Notes under the pieces: generated by a model
What the model was told of the DNA's origin: nothing
Databases searched by the model: none
The model's input: the letters and a program-made list of their open reading frames with translations, nothing else
Made by a program: the position numbers and the translations under genes
Part shown: positions 47,276 through 56,425 of the stretch, one piece after another
Position numbering within the stretch: position 1 is the stretch's first letter
Layout of the letters: each line of letters opens with the position of its first letter
Assembly: GCA_030059665.1 (NCBI GenBank)
Contig: JANVYR010000001.1
Coordinates: forward strand, 96,001-160,000
Direction: 5' to 3'
Origin: Candidatus Calditenuis fumarioli
Lineage (GTDB): Archaea > Thermoproteota > Nitrososphaeria_A > Caldarchaeales > Calditenuaceae
Length of the DNA stretch: 64,000 nucleotides

Positions 47276-48178
47276 TCAGCTCCTCGGAAGCCTCCTGTAG
47301 GAGCCCTCCGGAGCCAGATCTCGCACCGCCTCGGGGTGTATCATCTCCGCAAGGGCCTCCACGCCCTCCACGATAGACGGGCCGTGGCCGCTGAACCTGG
47401 CCTTGGCGTCGACCGCGTAGATCGTTCCCGTCGAGAAAGCGGGCGTGGACCTCACCCAACCGGATTCGAGGAGCTGTAGCGCATCGCGGTAGGAGCGCTC
47501 AAGCCTGAACCCGCACGGCCCCACCACGATGACCTCGGGACCGTACGCCGCCGCGTCCTCCCCGCGGATCCTCTTGGAGGGCCTTCCGGGATCTCCGAAG
47601 TCGACGCCGCCGGCGACCTCGATCATGTCCGGAACCCAGTGACCCGAGCAGAAAGGCGGATCCACCCATTCCAGGAAGAGCGTCCTCCTTCTCCGGAGAC
47701 CGCTCACCAGCTCCCTGACGTTTTGGAGCCTCAGCTCGACCCTCTCCACCAGCTCCCTGGCCTCCCGAAGCCTTCCGGTGACCTCACCCAGCCGGAGGTA
47801 CTCCTTCAGCACGTCCTCAAGCCTCTCCGGCCCGACCTCAACGACCCTCGCGATGGCGTGCAACCTATCGCCGAGCGCGTCCGGTGTCACCGCGCAGACG
47901 TTGCAGAGCCTCTGGACCACTATGAGGTCAGGGTTGAGCTGCTCGATCAGACGGAGGTCGACCTCGTAGGGGTTCTCTCCGCGCTCCGAGAAGGACCTGA
48001 CGGCCGCGTCGATCTCCGCCTCGGTCATCGAGTCCGGATCGATCTTCGACCTCACCACGACGGCCCTTCTCCCCGGCTCCGGATCAGGGCAGGCGTAGGT
48101 GATGCCCACGACCTCGTCCTCGAGCCCCAGTGCGTAGAGCGTCTCCGTGGCGCTCGGCACGAGCGAGACGATCCTCAC
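47276..48178 (-). CDS. Cobalamin/iron-siderophore-type binding protein (BtuF-like), no signal peptide
   Basis: RIVSLVPSATE, LNPDL, EWVDPPF..GHWVPDM, PEVIVV.PCG. Confidence 0.82.
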   Translation of the reverse strand: MRIVSLVPSATETLYALGLEDEVVGITYACPDPEPGRRAVVVRSKIDPDSMTEAEIDAAVRSFSERGENPYEVDLRLIEQLNPDLIVVQRLCNVCAVTPDALGDRLHAIARVVEVGPERLEDVLKEYLRLGEVTGRLREARELVERVELRLQNVRELVSGLRRRRTLFLEWVDPPFCSGHWVPDMIEVAGGVDFGDPGRPSKRIRGEDAAAYGPEVIVVGPCGFRLERSYRDALQLLESGWVRSTPAFSTGTIYAVDAKARFSGHGPSIVEGVEALAEMIHPEAVRDLAPEGSYRRLPRS

Positions 48179-48342
48179 GGCACTTGGAAATCTCTGCGCG
48201 GATATCTCGTTATCGGAGCGACGCGCTCCTCAGGGTATTAGTCCAATGATTGAGAGGACCGATTTCGGGTTAAGAGCGCTCGAACTCATGGTAGGGGTTG
48301 AAGGGTGAAGGATATCTACCACGAGCAAGAATTGGTCCGGGC

Positions 48343-48771
48343 ATGAGCGGGTTGGACGACTCGGAGCTGGAGCGGATCAAAATGCGGAAGCTGATGGAGA
48401 TGATGAGGGAGACCTCTCAGCCGAAGAGCCAGCCGGAAAAGCCGGTTCTCGACCACCCGGTTGACCTGACCGACGCAGACTTCGACGAGTTCGTGAGGTC
48501 CCACGACCTGGTGGTGGTAGACTTCTGGGCCGACTGGTGCATGCCCTGCAGGTTCATGGCGCCGGTGGTCAAGGAGCTGGCCAAGGAGATGGCGGGCAAG
48601 GTAGCCTTCGGGAAGCTGAACGTCGACGAGAACCCGAGGACCGCGGCCAGGTTCGGGATAATGAGCATACCGACTTTCCTGGTCTTCAGGAACGGCAAAC
48701 TGGTGGACGCCCTGGTCGGCGCGATGCCGAAGCAGAGGTTCAAGGCGGCCATCGAGCGCTACCTAAGCTGA
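48343..48771 (+). CDS. trxA: Thioredoxin
   Basis: DFWADWCMPC (WCxxC), MSIPT; helical N-terminal extension. Confidence 0.93.
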   Translation: MSGLDDSELERIKMRKLMEMMRETSQPKSQPEKPVLDHPVDLTDADFDEFVRSHDLVVVDFWADWCMPCRFMAPVVKELAKEMAGKVAFGKLNVDENPRTAARFGIMSIPTFLVFRNGKLVDALVGAMPKQRFKAAIERYLS

Positions 48772-48773
48772 GC

Positions 48774-49268
48774 TCACACGCCGAGGTAAAGGTCGGGCTC
48801 CTTTATCCCCACCGAGTGGAAGACCTCTGCCTCAACCCTTCCCATACCCTCACCGCCGCGCATCCTGAGCTCGTTGTACCTCCGGTAGAAGGCCGCCCTG
48901 ACCTCCTCCACATATGAGAAGAGCTCGTTCATGTCCCTGTACTGGCCCCTCATGGTCCTGTACCTTATGCCGTCCCGTTCGACCTCCGCGAAGAGGGCGG
49001 TGATGGTTCCCGGAGCCTTCTCGTACCCCTTCTTCTTACCCCGGCCTGAACCCCTCGCGACGGCCTCGACCAGCACCGAGACGCGCCTCGCGCCCTGTCC
49101 CGACCCGAGCTGCATGTCCAGCGCGAACCCGCACCTTCCGAACCTCGCGTAGATCCTCTTCTCCATCGGGTAGTGCCTCAGCGTCGCAAGCCCCGTGAGC
49201 CCCTCGTCCTCCAGGTACTTCAGTATCTCACGGACTATCCTCGAACCAGCCCGTTGCACGTCCTCCAC
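48774..49268 (-). CDS. Hypothetical protein (164 aa)
   Basis: Fills the gap downstream of rfcS with host-like codon usage. Confidence 0.65.
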   Translation of the reverse strand: MEDVQRAGSRIVREILKYLEDEGLTGLATLRHYPMEKRIYARFGRCGFALDMQLGSGQGARRVSVLVEAVARGSGRGKKKGYEKAPGTITALFAEVERDGIRYRTMRGQYRDMNELFSYVEEVRAAFYRRYNELRMRGGEGMGRVEAEVFHSVGIKEPDLYLGV

Positions 49269-49312
49269 CGATTGCCTTCCTCATTTATATGTTTGGTAAG
49301 TCGATCGGCTAT

Positions 49313-50296
49313 TCACGAACGCTTGCCGGATAGGGCGTGGAGGGCGGAGAGGACCGTCATGATCTGGACCTCGGGCGTGGCTCCTTGGGAGATGCGGTAG
49401 TCGACCTCGCCGAGCAGGCTGAAGAGTTTGGCCTTCTCCGTCTCGGGTATCGAGAGGTAGAAGAGCTCGCTGTACATGCTCGAGACGATCTCGCGCTCGG
49501 AGACGCCGTCGACGTACAGCGCCTGCCAGAGGAGCTTCCTCGCCTCCGTCAGGTTCCCGGAGAGGGCGAGCTCCATCATCCGCCTGGCCTCTATCCCAGC
49601 CGCGAGGCCCGCAACCCGGTAGAGCAGGTCCACGGTTATCCTCTTGGAGTAGACGGATGCCGTCTGGAGGAGGTTCAGGACCTTCCTCAGGTCGCCCTCC
49701 GAGATCCTGTAGAGCTCCTTCACCACCTGTTCGTCCACCTCGAGCCCCTCGTTCCGCGCTACACGCTCCACCATCTGACGTACCCCGTCCTCCTCTATCG
49801 GCTTGAACCTGAACACAGCGCAGCGCGACTGTATCGGCTCGATGATCCGGTTGAAGTAGTTGGCTGCCAGGATGAACCTGCACGTGGTCGAGAACTGCTC
49901 CATCACCCTCCTGAAGGCGTGCTGGGCCTCTGCGGTCAGCATGTCCGACTCGTCCAAGAGCAGTATCTTGAAGCCGGGGCCTGCCATGGGGATCGTCCTG
50001 GCGAAGTTCTTCACCTTCTCCCTGATCACGTCTATCCCCCTCTCGTCGCTGGCGTTGATCTCGAGGAAGTGGCCGTCCTCGATGTAGCGCTCGCCGTAGA
50101 GGTCCCTCGCGAAGGCATGGGCGGTCGCTGTCTTGCCCACACCGGGTGGACCCGTGAAGAGCATGTGGGGGATGTTGCCGGTGCGGATCGCGTTGGTCAG
50201 CGCCGTCACGATCGCCTCCTGGTTGATCACCTCCTTCAGCGTCTTGGGCCTGTACTTCTCAATCCACGGTATGGCCTCGGTCAACCCATTGAGCAC
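49313..50296 (-). CDS. rfcS: Replication factor C small subunit
   Basis: PWIEKYRP, GPPGVGKT, NASDERG, LDESD, IQSRC, GDLRK. Confidence 0.96.
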   Translation of the reverse strand: MLNGLTEAIPWIEKYRPKTLKEVINQEAIVTALTNAIRTGNIPHMLFTGPPGVGKTATAHAFARDLYGERYIEDGHFLEINASDERGIDVIREKVKNFARTIPMAGPGFKILLLDESDMLTAEAQHAFRRVMEQFSTTCRFILAANYFNRIIEPIQSRCAVFRFKPIEEDGVRQMVERVARNEGLEVDEQVVKELYRISEGDLRKVLNLLQTASVYSKRITVDLLYRVAGLAAGIEARRMMELALSGNLTEARKLLWQALYVDGVSEREIVSSMYSELFYLSIPETEKAKLFSLLGEVDYRISQGATPEVQIMTVLSALHALSGKRS

Positions 50297-50383
50297 CTGA
50301 GGAAGACGCTAAAAACGCTTCACAGTAAGCCCGGCACAAATGTCACAAAAATGGAGAGGGTTCGACTCCGTTTAAGTCTGGGG

Positions 50384-50983
50384 TCAGATGTTCCTGCTCG
50401 CCTCTGAGGTGGCTGACCTCAGCGCCTCCGGCACGTCGGGGAAGGCGGTCTTCATCCTCTGGGCTGCGATCTCCGCGGCCTCCTGGAGGATCTTCTGGGC
50501 CTCCGGGTCCGAGACGGTCACCGTCGTGGTGGTGCCGGTCACGCTTCCCACCTCGGCGATCAGGTTCTCGAGGACCTCGTCGACGTACTTCAGGTTCTGG
50601 GCCACCTCCGGGACCACGCCGGAGAGGTCGGACTGGACCTGCCGGATGATCGCGGCCGCCGGGCCGAGGACGTGCATCACGTCGCCGAACTCCTTGACGG
50701 TCTCCAGCCTCAGGATCACCTTCTCCAGCGACAGCTGGCTCCGCATCACAACCCTCGTCATCTTCCTCAGCTGCGCTATCTCGTTGGCGTAGACCGTCGC
50801 CCTGCTGACGTCGCCCTCCTGCTGGGCCCTGACGCACTGCTCGAAGAGCTCCTTACCCCGTGCGGAGAGCCTGGCCGCGGTCCGGTTCAGCTTGTCGGCC
50901 TGAAGCCGGAGCGTCATCATCACCTCTGTGAACCTGGCGTCGTTGGGTCCGATCAGCTCCTGCCTGCCGAACGGAAGTCTCAT
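50384..50983 (-). CDS. ESCRT-III / Snf7 family protein (CdvB paralogue)
   Basis: ATVYANEIAQLRK, LE.VILRLET, EAQKILQEA; C-terminal FPDVP. Confidence 0.88.
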   Translation of the reverse strand: MRLPFGRQELIGPNDARFTEVMMTLRLQADKLNRTAARLSARGKELFEQCVRAQQEGDVSRATVYANEIAQLRKMTRVVMRSQLSLEKVILRLETVKEFGDVMHVLGPAAAIIRQVQSDLSGVVPEVAQNLKYVDEVLENLIAEVGSVTGTTTTVTVSDPEAQKILQEAAEIAAQRMKTAFPDVPEALRSATSEASRNI

Positions 50984-51069
50984 CTCGGCAGGTTAGGGAC
51001 CGCTGTGCGAATTTAGCTGCTCGCGCCCTTTCGGAGCCGATACATTCGCCGTGAATACTCCGATAATCC

Positions 51070-51825
51070 TCAGGACCTCTCCGGAGGGCTCCTGGTTGAG
51101 AGCTCGTCCGCGAGGTGCGCTGCGAGGACCGGTAGGTGTTCCGGAGCCAGCTCCCTCACCCTCAGGCCCTCGAGCTCCGGGGGGCATGATAGGCCCAGCT
51201 CCTTGAGAGCCCTCGCGAGTTTCTTCCTCCTGAGCGTGAACAGTCTCCGCAGGACGTCAACGAGCGACTCAGGCGGGGTCATCGGGTCCTCCCTCCTCCT
51301 GAGCACCACCACCCTCGAGGTCACCTTGGGCCTCGGCGAGAAGGCGGACCTTCCCACCTTGAACTGGGGCTCGACGCGGTAACAGGACCTGATGAGTAGG
51401 CTCGTGAGCACGTACCTGTCTTCTCCTGGCTCGGCTGTCAGCTTCTCCGCGAACTCCTCCTGGAGCAGGAGGACCGCCAGCTCGGGCCTCGCCCTGAGGG
51501 AGAGCCACCTGAGGAGACGGGTCGAGATGTAGTACGGCGGGGAGGAGACGACCTTGTTGAAAGGTGGCAGATCCAAGCTCAACGCGTCGCCGTTCAAGAC
51601 CGTCACGTTGGGATACTCCCTGAGGGCCTCCCGCGCTCTCCTCGCGAGGAACGGATCCAGCTCGACCGTCACCACCCTGCAGCCTGTCGAGGCGATGAAC
51701 CTTGTCAGGAAGCCGTCGCCGGTGCCGACCTCGAGGACCACGTCATTACCTCCCAGCTCCGCAAGCTCGACCATCATCTCGGCGACGCGCTCGTCCCTCA
51801 GGAAGTGCTGCCCGAGCCGGGCCAT
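51070..51825 (-). CDS. ksgA: 16S rRNA dimethyladenosine transferase KsgA/Dim1
   Basis: LGQHFL, EVGTG.G, PPYYIS, FSPRPKVTS. Confidence 0.93.
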   Translation of the reverse strand: MARLGQHFLRDERVAEMMVELAELGGNDVVLEVGTGDGFLTRFIASTGCRVVTVELDPFLARRAREALREYPNVTVLNGDALSLDLPPFNKVVSSPPYYISTRLLRWLSLRARPELAVLLLQEEFAEKLTAEPGEDRYVLTSLLIRSCYRVEPQFKVGRSAFSPRPKVTSRVVVLRRREDPMTPPESLVDVLRRLFTLRRKKLARALKELGLSCPPELEGLRVRELAPEHLPVLAAHLADELSTRSPPERS

Positions 51826-51917
51826 CGGCCCGATAGCTGATCGGGATCGCCGCGTGAAAGGTCTTTGCAGGGGTTCGACGGTAGGCGTTATCAGGGGCGT
51901 CGGGTCCGTTAGTCCGC

Positions 51918-53246
51918 ATGACCTTCGCCGTTCCCGGAAGGGTCCTGGGGATATCCGGAAGGACCCTCTTCTGCCTCCACGGATATGCGCCGCACTACGC
52001 AGAGGACGTCATCGACCCAGTATCGGGCGAGAGGGTGCTGGTGATGGCCGATCCGCACATCAGGAGGTCCGCGTACGTCTATTCGCTCGAGACCGGCAGG
52101 TTCCTGTGGGAGTTCAGGGTTCCAGGAGGGGCCATCAGCTCCAACCCCCACATAGCCCGTATGGTCACGGAGGAGGTGCGATCAATAGGTGCGGAGCCAG
52201 GTGACGTTATCTGCGCCGACCTGGACAACAACTTCCTGCTCGTCGATCGTAAGACGAGGCGCGTCAAGTGGAGCTACAGGCCCCCCGACGCGAGGTGGTC
52301 CCACGACTGCATCCCCCTCGAGGGCGGGGACCTCGTGATCACCGACTACGCATCCGGTTTCGTCAGGAGGATAGGGCCCGACGGAACTTTGCGGTGGAAC
52401 CTTCAGCTGGGACCTGGGGTAGCCAAGCTTTCAAAGGTCGAGGGGAAGACTCCGAGCGGAATCCACCGGAACGACTTCGGCGGCGACCTCCTCGTGGCAG
52501 TCAACAGGAGCACCTATGGCGTCTACGAGGTCGACTCCGGGAGCGGTCGCATCACGTGGAGGTGTCCGCCGGAAAGGGATGAACGTGGACTGAAGAACGC
52601 CTTCTGGACGCTGAAGCCCCACTCGGCGTTGAGGATGGGCCTCGCGGAGCTCGACGGCAACCTGACCGTCATCGGCCTCGAGGCGGGCGGAGGGGTGGTC
52701 GCGGTGGACAGGGACTGCAGGCCGAGGTGGGGGTGGATGAAGCCGCTCTCGGCGATTACGGACCCGTTGCGTGGTAGGTGGGAGATCTACAGACCGACCG
52801 CGCTGGGCCTCTTCGAGACGACCCACGTCTTCGCAACGCTCGACGGCAAGATCGGTTTGATCGACTGGGGATCGAGGTACGCGTCGAGGGTCCTGGAGCT
52901 GGACAGCATACCCACCTCGAACCTCTACTGGCTTCTGGCCTACAGGAGGATGGCGCTCGAGGAGCCGGAGTTCCTGGATCCGCCCGTGGAGACGGCGGAG
53001 TGGAGGGCGGTCCGGTTCACCGCGTTCAACCACGGAGGTTCCACCCTCGTCCTCGAGTTCCTCGTCACGCCAAGCCCCTACGTCGACTGCACCGACGGAT
53101 CGATGTGGAGGAAGTTCCTGGAGCTCAGGGTAGACCCGGGAGGTTCGGAGGAGGTGGAGCTCTCTGGGCACGCGGCCTGCAGGGTCTCCGCCAGATCCGC
53201 CGGAGGGGAGACGGAGTACTCGGTTTTCGTGACGATGATGGTTTAG
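51918..53246 (+). CDS. Hypothetical beta-propeller protein with C-terminal beta-sandwich
   Basis: Repeated G/R-x-x-x-W blade ends (TGRFLW, RRVKW, GTLRW, GRITW, CRPRW); no signal peptide. Confidence 0.7.
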   Translation: MTFAVPGRVLGISGRTLFCLHGYAPHYAEDVIDPVSGERVLVMADPHIRRSAYVYSLETGRFLWEFRVPGGAISSNPHIARMVTEEVRSIGAEPGDVICADLDNNFLLVDRKTRRVKWSYRPPDARWSHDCIPLEGGDLVITDYASGFVRRIGPDGTLRWNLQLGPGVAKLSKVEGKTPSGIHRNDFGGDLLVAVNRSTYGVYEVDSGSGRITWRCPPERDERGLKNAFWTLKPHSALRMGLAELDGNLTVIGLEAGGGVVAVDRDCRPRWGWMKPLSAITDPLRGRWEIYRPTALGLFETTHVFATLDGKIGLIDWGSRYASRVLELDSIPTSNLYWLLAYRRMALEEPEFLDPPVETAEWRAVRFTAFNHGGSTLVLEFLVTPSPYVDCTDGSMWRKFLELRVDPGGSEEVELSGHAACRVSARSAGGETEYSVFVTMMV

Positions 53247-54166
53247 CCCCGACGCAGCGTTCTGGAGCGGGCCGAGAAGACCAGAAGCAGCGCCAGACCG
53301 TAGACGGCTACTGAGGCCGCACCCACTGCCCTCGTCAGCTCCTTCAGCGCCAGCAACACCACTCCCCCAAGCAGAGCACCCAGCGGGCTTCCGAGGCCGC
53401 CCATCGCCGCGATCAGGTACGCCGGTATGTCGGACTCCGCGAGCGTGAAGGTGGAGGGCGAGATGTACCCGGTGGAGAAGGCGTAGAGGAGGCCCGAGGA
53501 GGCCGCGAGAAACGAAGCTGCTGCAGCGGCCAGCTCCTTGTACCTCGCCGGCGATATGGCGTTGGCTTTGAGCAGGTCCGGGTCCTGGCCGGCGGCCGTA
53601 AGCAGCAACCAGAAACGCCCTCCCCTCACGCGGTGCAGCAGCAGGGACGCGGAGGCCGTCAGCACCAGGCCCAGAACGGCGTAGGTCCTCAGCGAGGCGA
53701 TCGGGCTCAGGCCCGCTGACTGGAGCGGGTCGTCGACGGGCAGTCCGACCTCTCCGAAGGTCACCGATCTGTTTCCCAGGATCACCGCCTCGAAGGCCAG
53801 CGAGGCCAGGATCGTGAGGATCCCCACCCGTATTCCCCTCAGGTCCCAGGACGACGCGAGCCGGATCAGAGCCACGCCGAGGCCAGTTCCCGAGAGGAGG
53901 CCGAGCGGCACGGCGACCGATGGGCTCAGGCCAGCGTGGACCTGGGTCAGGGCTGCGACGTAGGCCGACGTTCCGGCTATGGCTCCGAAGCAGATCACCA
54001 CCTGGTTTCCGACGCCGAAGAGGAGCGTCACCGCTAGGCCGAGCGAGGTGTGGAAGGCGTAGACCGTGTAGAGCCTTAGCAGGTAGACGCTGTCGGTCAG
54101 CACCGCTGCGGCTCCGAGGGCCGAGGAGCACGCCAGCACGAGCGCCTGAAGGCTCTGGGACCTCAA
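53243..54166 (-). CDS. livM: Branched-chain amino acid-type ABC permease (LivM-like)
   Basis: Polytopic; GLGSPLGALLGG; operon context. Confidence 0.85.
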   Translation of the reverse strand: MRSQSLQALVLACSSALGAAAVLTDSVYLLRLYTVYAFHTSLGLAVTLLFGVGNQVVICFGAIAGTSAYVAALTQVHAGLSPSVAVPLGLLSGTGLGVALIRLASSWDLRGIRVGILTILASLAFEAVILGNRSVTFGEVGLPVDDPLQSAGLSPIASLRTYAVLGLVLTASASLLLHRVRGGRFWLLLTAAGQDPDLLKANAISPARYKELAAAAASFLAASSGLLYAFSTGYISPSTFTLAESDIPAYLIAAMGGLGSPLGALLGGVVLLALKELTRAVGAASVAVYGLALLLVFSARSRTLRRG

Positions 54167-55002
54167 TCCCCAGCACCGACCGCCCTCAGCAGGAGAGCCG
54201 CAGCCAGGAGGATCGCCAGGTAGGTCAGGTACGTGCCCATCAGGTACGCGAGGAGCGAGTTGACGAGGCCGATCGCGATCCCCGCGAGGACCGTGCCCGC
54301 AACATTCCTCATGCCGCCGGCGACCGAGACCACCAGCGAGAGAACGGTCAGCTCCATTCCCCGAGACGGCTCAACCGGGACCGTGAGGCCCCTGATCAGG
54401 CCAGAGAGGCCGGCGAAGAGCGAGGCCATCAGCACCGTGAGCAGGGCGATCCTTCCGACGTCAACCCCGAGCGACTCCGCGAGCTCCCTGTTCTGGAACG
54501 ATGCCCTCACGGACCTCCCGAACTTGGTCGCAGTGAGCAGCAGGTGAAGCGCCGCTATGGTAACCGCTGAGAGCGCGAGGGCCAGAAGGGACGAGAACCT
54601 GACCACGAGGCCCACGATCTCCACCTGGAGAGGGCCCACGACCAACGAGTAGTGCGCTGTCGGGAAGAGGTATACCAGGGAGCCGTGGATCGTGAGCGCG
54701 AGGCCCAGCGTCATCACGAGCCCCAGCACTCCCCTCATCCTCTCGCCAACACCGGAGACGTAGGATGAGACGGCCCAGACCGCGAGGCCCACCAGGAGCG
54801 ACGAGCAGAGCCCCAGGATGAGCGCGACGGGAAGCGGTGCGCCGAGGGAGAGGAGGACCGCAGCGGTCACGGTCGCTACCACGACCGATTCGCCGTGTGC
54901 CAGGTTCAGGACGCCTGCGATCCCGTGGACGACGGTCATTCCCACCGCGATGAGCGCGAGCTGGAGGCCGTTCGAGAGGCCGTCGATCAGGAGGTCCAGC
55001 AT
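54163..55002 (-). CDS. livH: Branched-chain amino acid-type ABC permease (LivH-like)
   Basis: ALIAVGMT, LNLAHGE, TKFGRSVRA. Confidence 0.88.
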   Translation of the reverse strand: MLDLLIDGLSNGLQLALIAVGMTVVHGIAGVLNLAHGESVVVATVTAAVLLSLGAPLPVALILGLCSSLLVGLAVWAVSSYVSGVGERMRGVLGLVMTLGLALTIHGSLVYLFPTAHYSLVVGPLQVEIVGLVVRFSSLLALALSAVTIAALHLLLTATKFGRSVRASFQNRELAESLGVDVGRIALLTVLMASLFAGLSGLIRGLTVPVEPSRGMELTVLSLVVSVAGGMRNVAGTVLAGIAIGLVNSLLAYLMGTYLTYLAILLAAALLLRAVGAGD

Positions 55003-55004
55003 GC

Positions 55005-55718
55005 TCAGCCCCAGAGAAGGCTCCTGATGAGCGCAGAGACAGCGACCGGGTCGGAGACCTCTCGCTCCGCCAGGACCTCTCCGGAACGCATCACGAGGAT
55101 CCGACGGGAGAGCTTCAGCGCGACCTCCAGGTTCTGCTCCGCCAGCAGGACCGATAGGCCCGACCCCTCAAGGGAACGCATTGATCCGAGGACCGCGGCC
55201 ACCGCTCTCGGTGAGAGGCCGGAGCTGGGCTCGTCCACCAGCAGCAGCCTGGGGGAGGACATCAGGGCCATCGCGATCGCGAGCATCCTCCTCTCGCCGC
55301 CGCTGAGGTTGCCTGCCTTGACGCGGAGCCGCTGCCTCATCCACGGGAAGACCTCGAGGACCCTCTCCAATGCCTCACCGAAGCTCTCCTTCCTGGGGCC
55401 AGCCTCCCACGAGACTAGCAGGTTCTCCCGCAGGGTCATGAGCGGAAAGACCTCCCTCTCGGATGGCACCAGCCTGATCCCGAGCCTTGCCCTTTCGTTC
55501 GCGGGCAGAGCCGTGACGTCCGAGCCGTTGAAGATCACCCTGCCGCCATCGGGCCTCAGGAGGCCCATGATCGCCATGAGCAGGGTCGACTTTCCGGAAC
55601 CGTTGGGACCCACGATGGATACCACCTCGCCCTCGCGGACCGAGAGGCTGACTCCCCTCACCGCTCTCGATCCGTTGAGCGTCACCGTCAGGCCCTCCAC
55701 CCTTAGTAGCGCGCTCAC
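55005..55718 (-). CDS. livF: ABC ATP-binding protein (LivF-like)
   Basis: GPNGSGKST, LSGGERRM, VDEPS, LAEQN. Confidence 0.9.
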   Translation of the reverse strand: MSALLRVEGLTVTLNGSRAVRGVSLSVREGEVVSIVGPNGSGKSTLLMAIMGLLRPDGGRVIFNGSDVTALPANERARLGIRLVPSEREVFPLMTLRENLLVSWEAGPRKESFGEALERVLEVFPWMRQRLRVKAGNLSGGERRMLAIAMALMSSPRLLLVDEPSSGLSPRAVAAVLGSMRSLEGSGLSVLLAEQNLEVALKLSRRILVMRSGEVLAEREVSDPVAVSALIRSLLWG

Positions 55719-56425
55719 GTCCCGAAGTAGACCTCCAGGACCTCCCTCCTGACGGCGACCTCTTCAGGCCTCCCCTCCGCCAGCAGGGACCCCTCGTGGA
55801 GCACCAGCACCCTATCGGCCGCCCTCATCAGGCCTGAGATGACGTGCTCGACCCAGATCGCCGCGAAGCCCAGCTCCCTCTTCAGCTCCAGCAGGGCGTC
55901 CACCGCAATGGCAGCCTCACGCTCGGTGAGCCCGCTCAGGTACTCGTCGATCAGTATCGCCTTCGGGCGTGCGATCACGGCCCTCGCCAGCTCGGCCCTC
56001 CTCCGGTCCGCCATCGGAACCCTCGACGGCCTCTCGCCCGGTCTGCTGACCCCGAGCCTCTCAAGGAGCTCTTCGGCCACTCTCCTCGCCTCATCGGGTT
56101 CGAATTCTTCCAGCAGAGGTAGGGCGACGTTGTCCAGCAGCGAAAGGTCCTCTATCAGCCTGGGAACCTGGAAGGTCCTCCGAACGCCGAGCCTCGCAAC
56201 GGCCTCAGGCCCCTTCCCGGTCACGTCCACACCTCCCACCAGGACCCTCCCTCCGTCGGGTCTGAGGAAACCGCTAACGACGTTGAGGAGCGTGGACTTG
56301 CCTGAGCCGTTCGGACCAATCACGCCGAGCACCTCGCCCTCCCTCAGCTCCAGCGAGACCTCTCGGAGCGCCCAGGTCGACCCGAACCTCCTCGAGACCC
56401 CATCGCACCTGATCAGCGCGCTCAT
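55715..56425 (-). CDS. livG: ABC ATP-binding protein (LivG-like)
   Basis: GPNGSGKST, RTFQ, VEH, V.EVYFG. Confidence 0.9.
   Translation of the reverse strand: MSALIRCDGVSRRFGSTWALREVSLELREGEVLGVIGPNGSGKSTLLNVVSGFLRPDGGRVLVGGVDVTGKGPEAVARLGVRRTFQVPRLIEDLSLLDNVALPLLEEFEPDEARRVAEELLERLGVSRPGERPSRVPMADRRRAELARAVIARPKAILIDEYLSGLTEREAAIAVDALLELKRELGFAAIWVEHVISGLMRAADRVLVLHEGSLLAEGRPEEVAVRREVLEVYFGT

Noticed and set aside
48246-48290. AATGATTGA as a possible C box upstream of trxA
   Set aside because: No properly spaced D', C' or D boxes follow.
51556-51563. GTTGAAAG (repeat 3' handle) inside ksgA
   Set aside because: Only 8 nt, inside coding sequence, and the rest of the repeat is absent.
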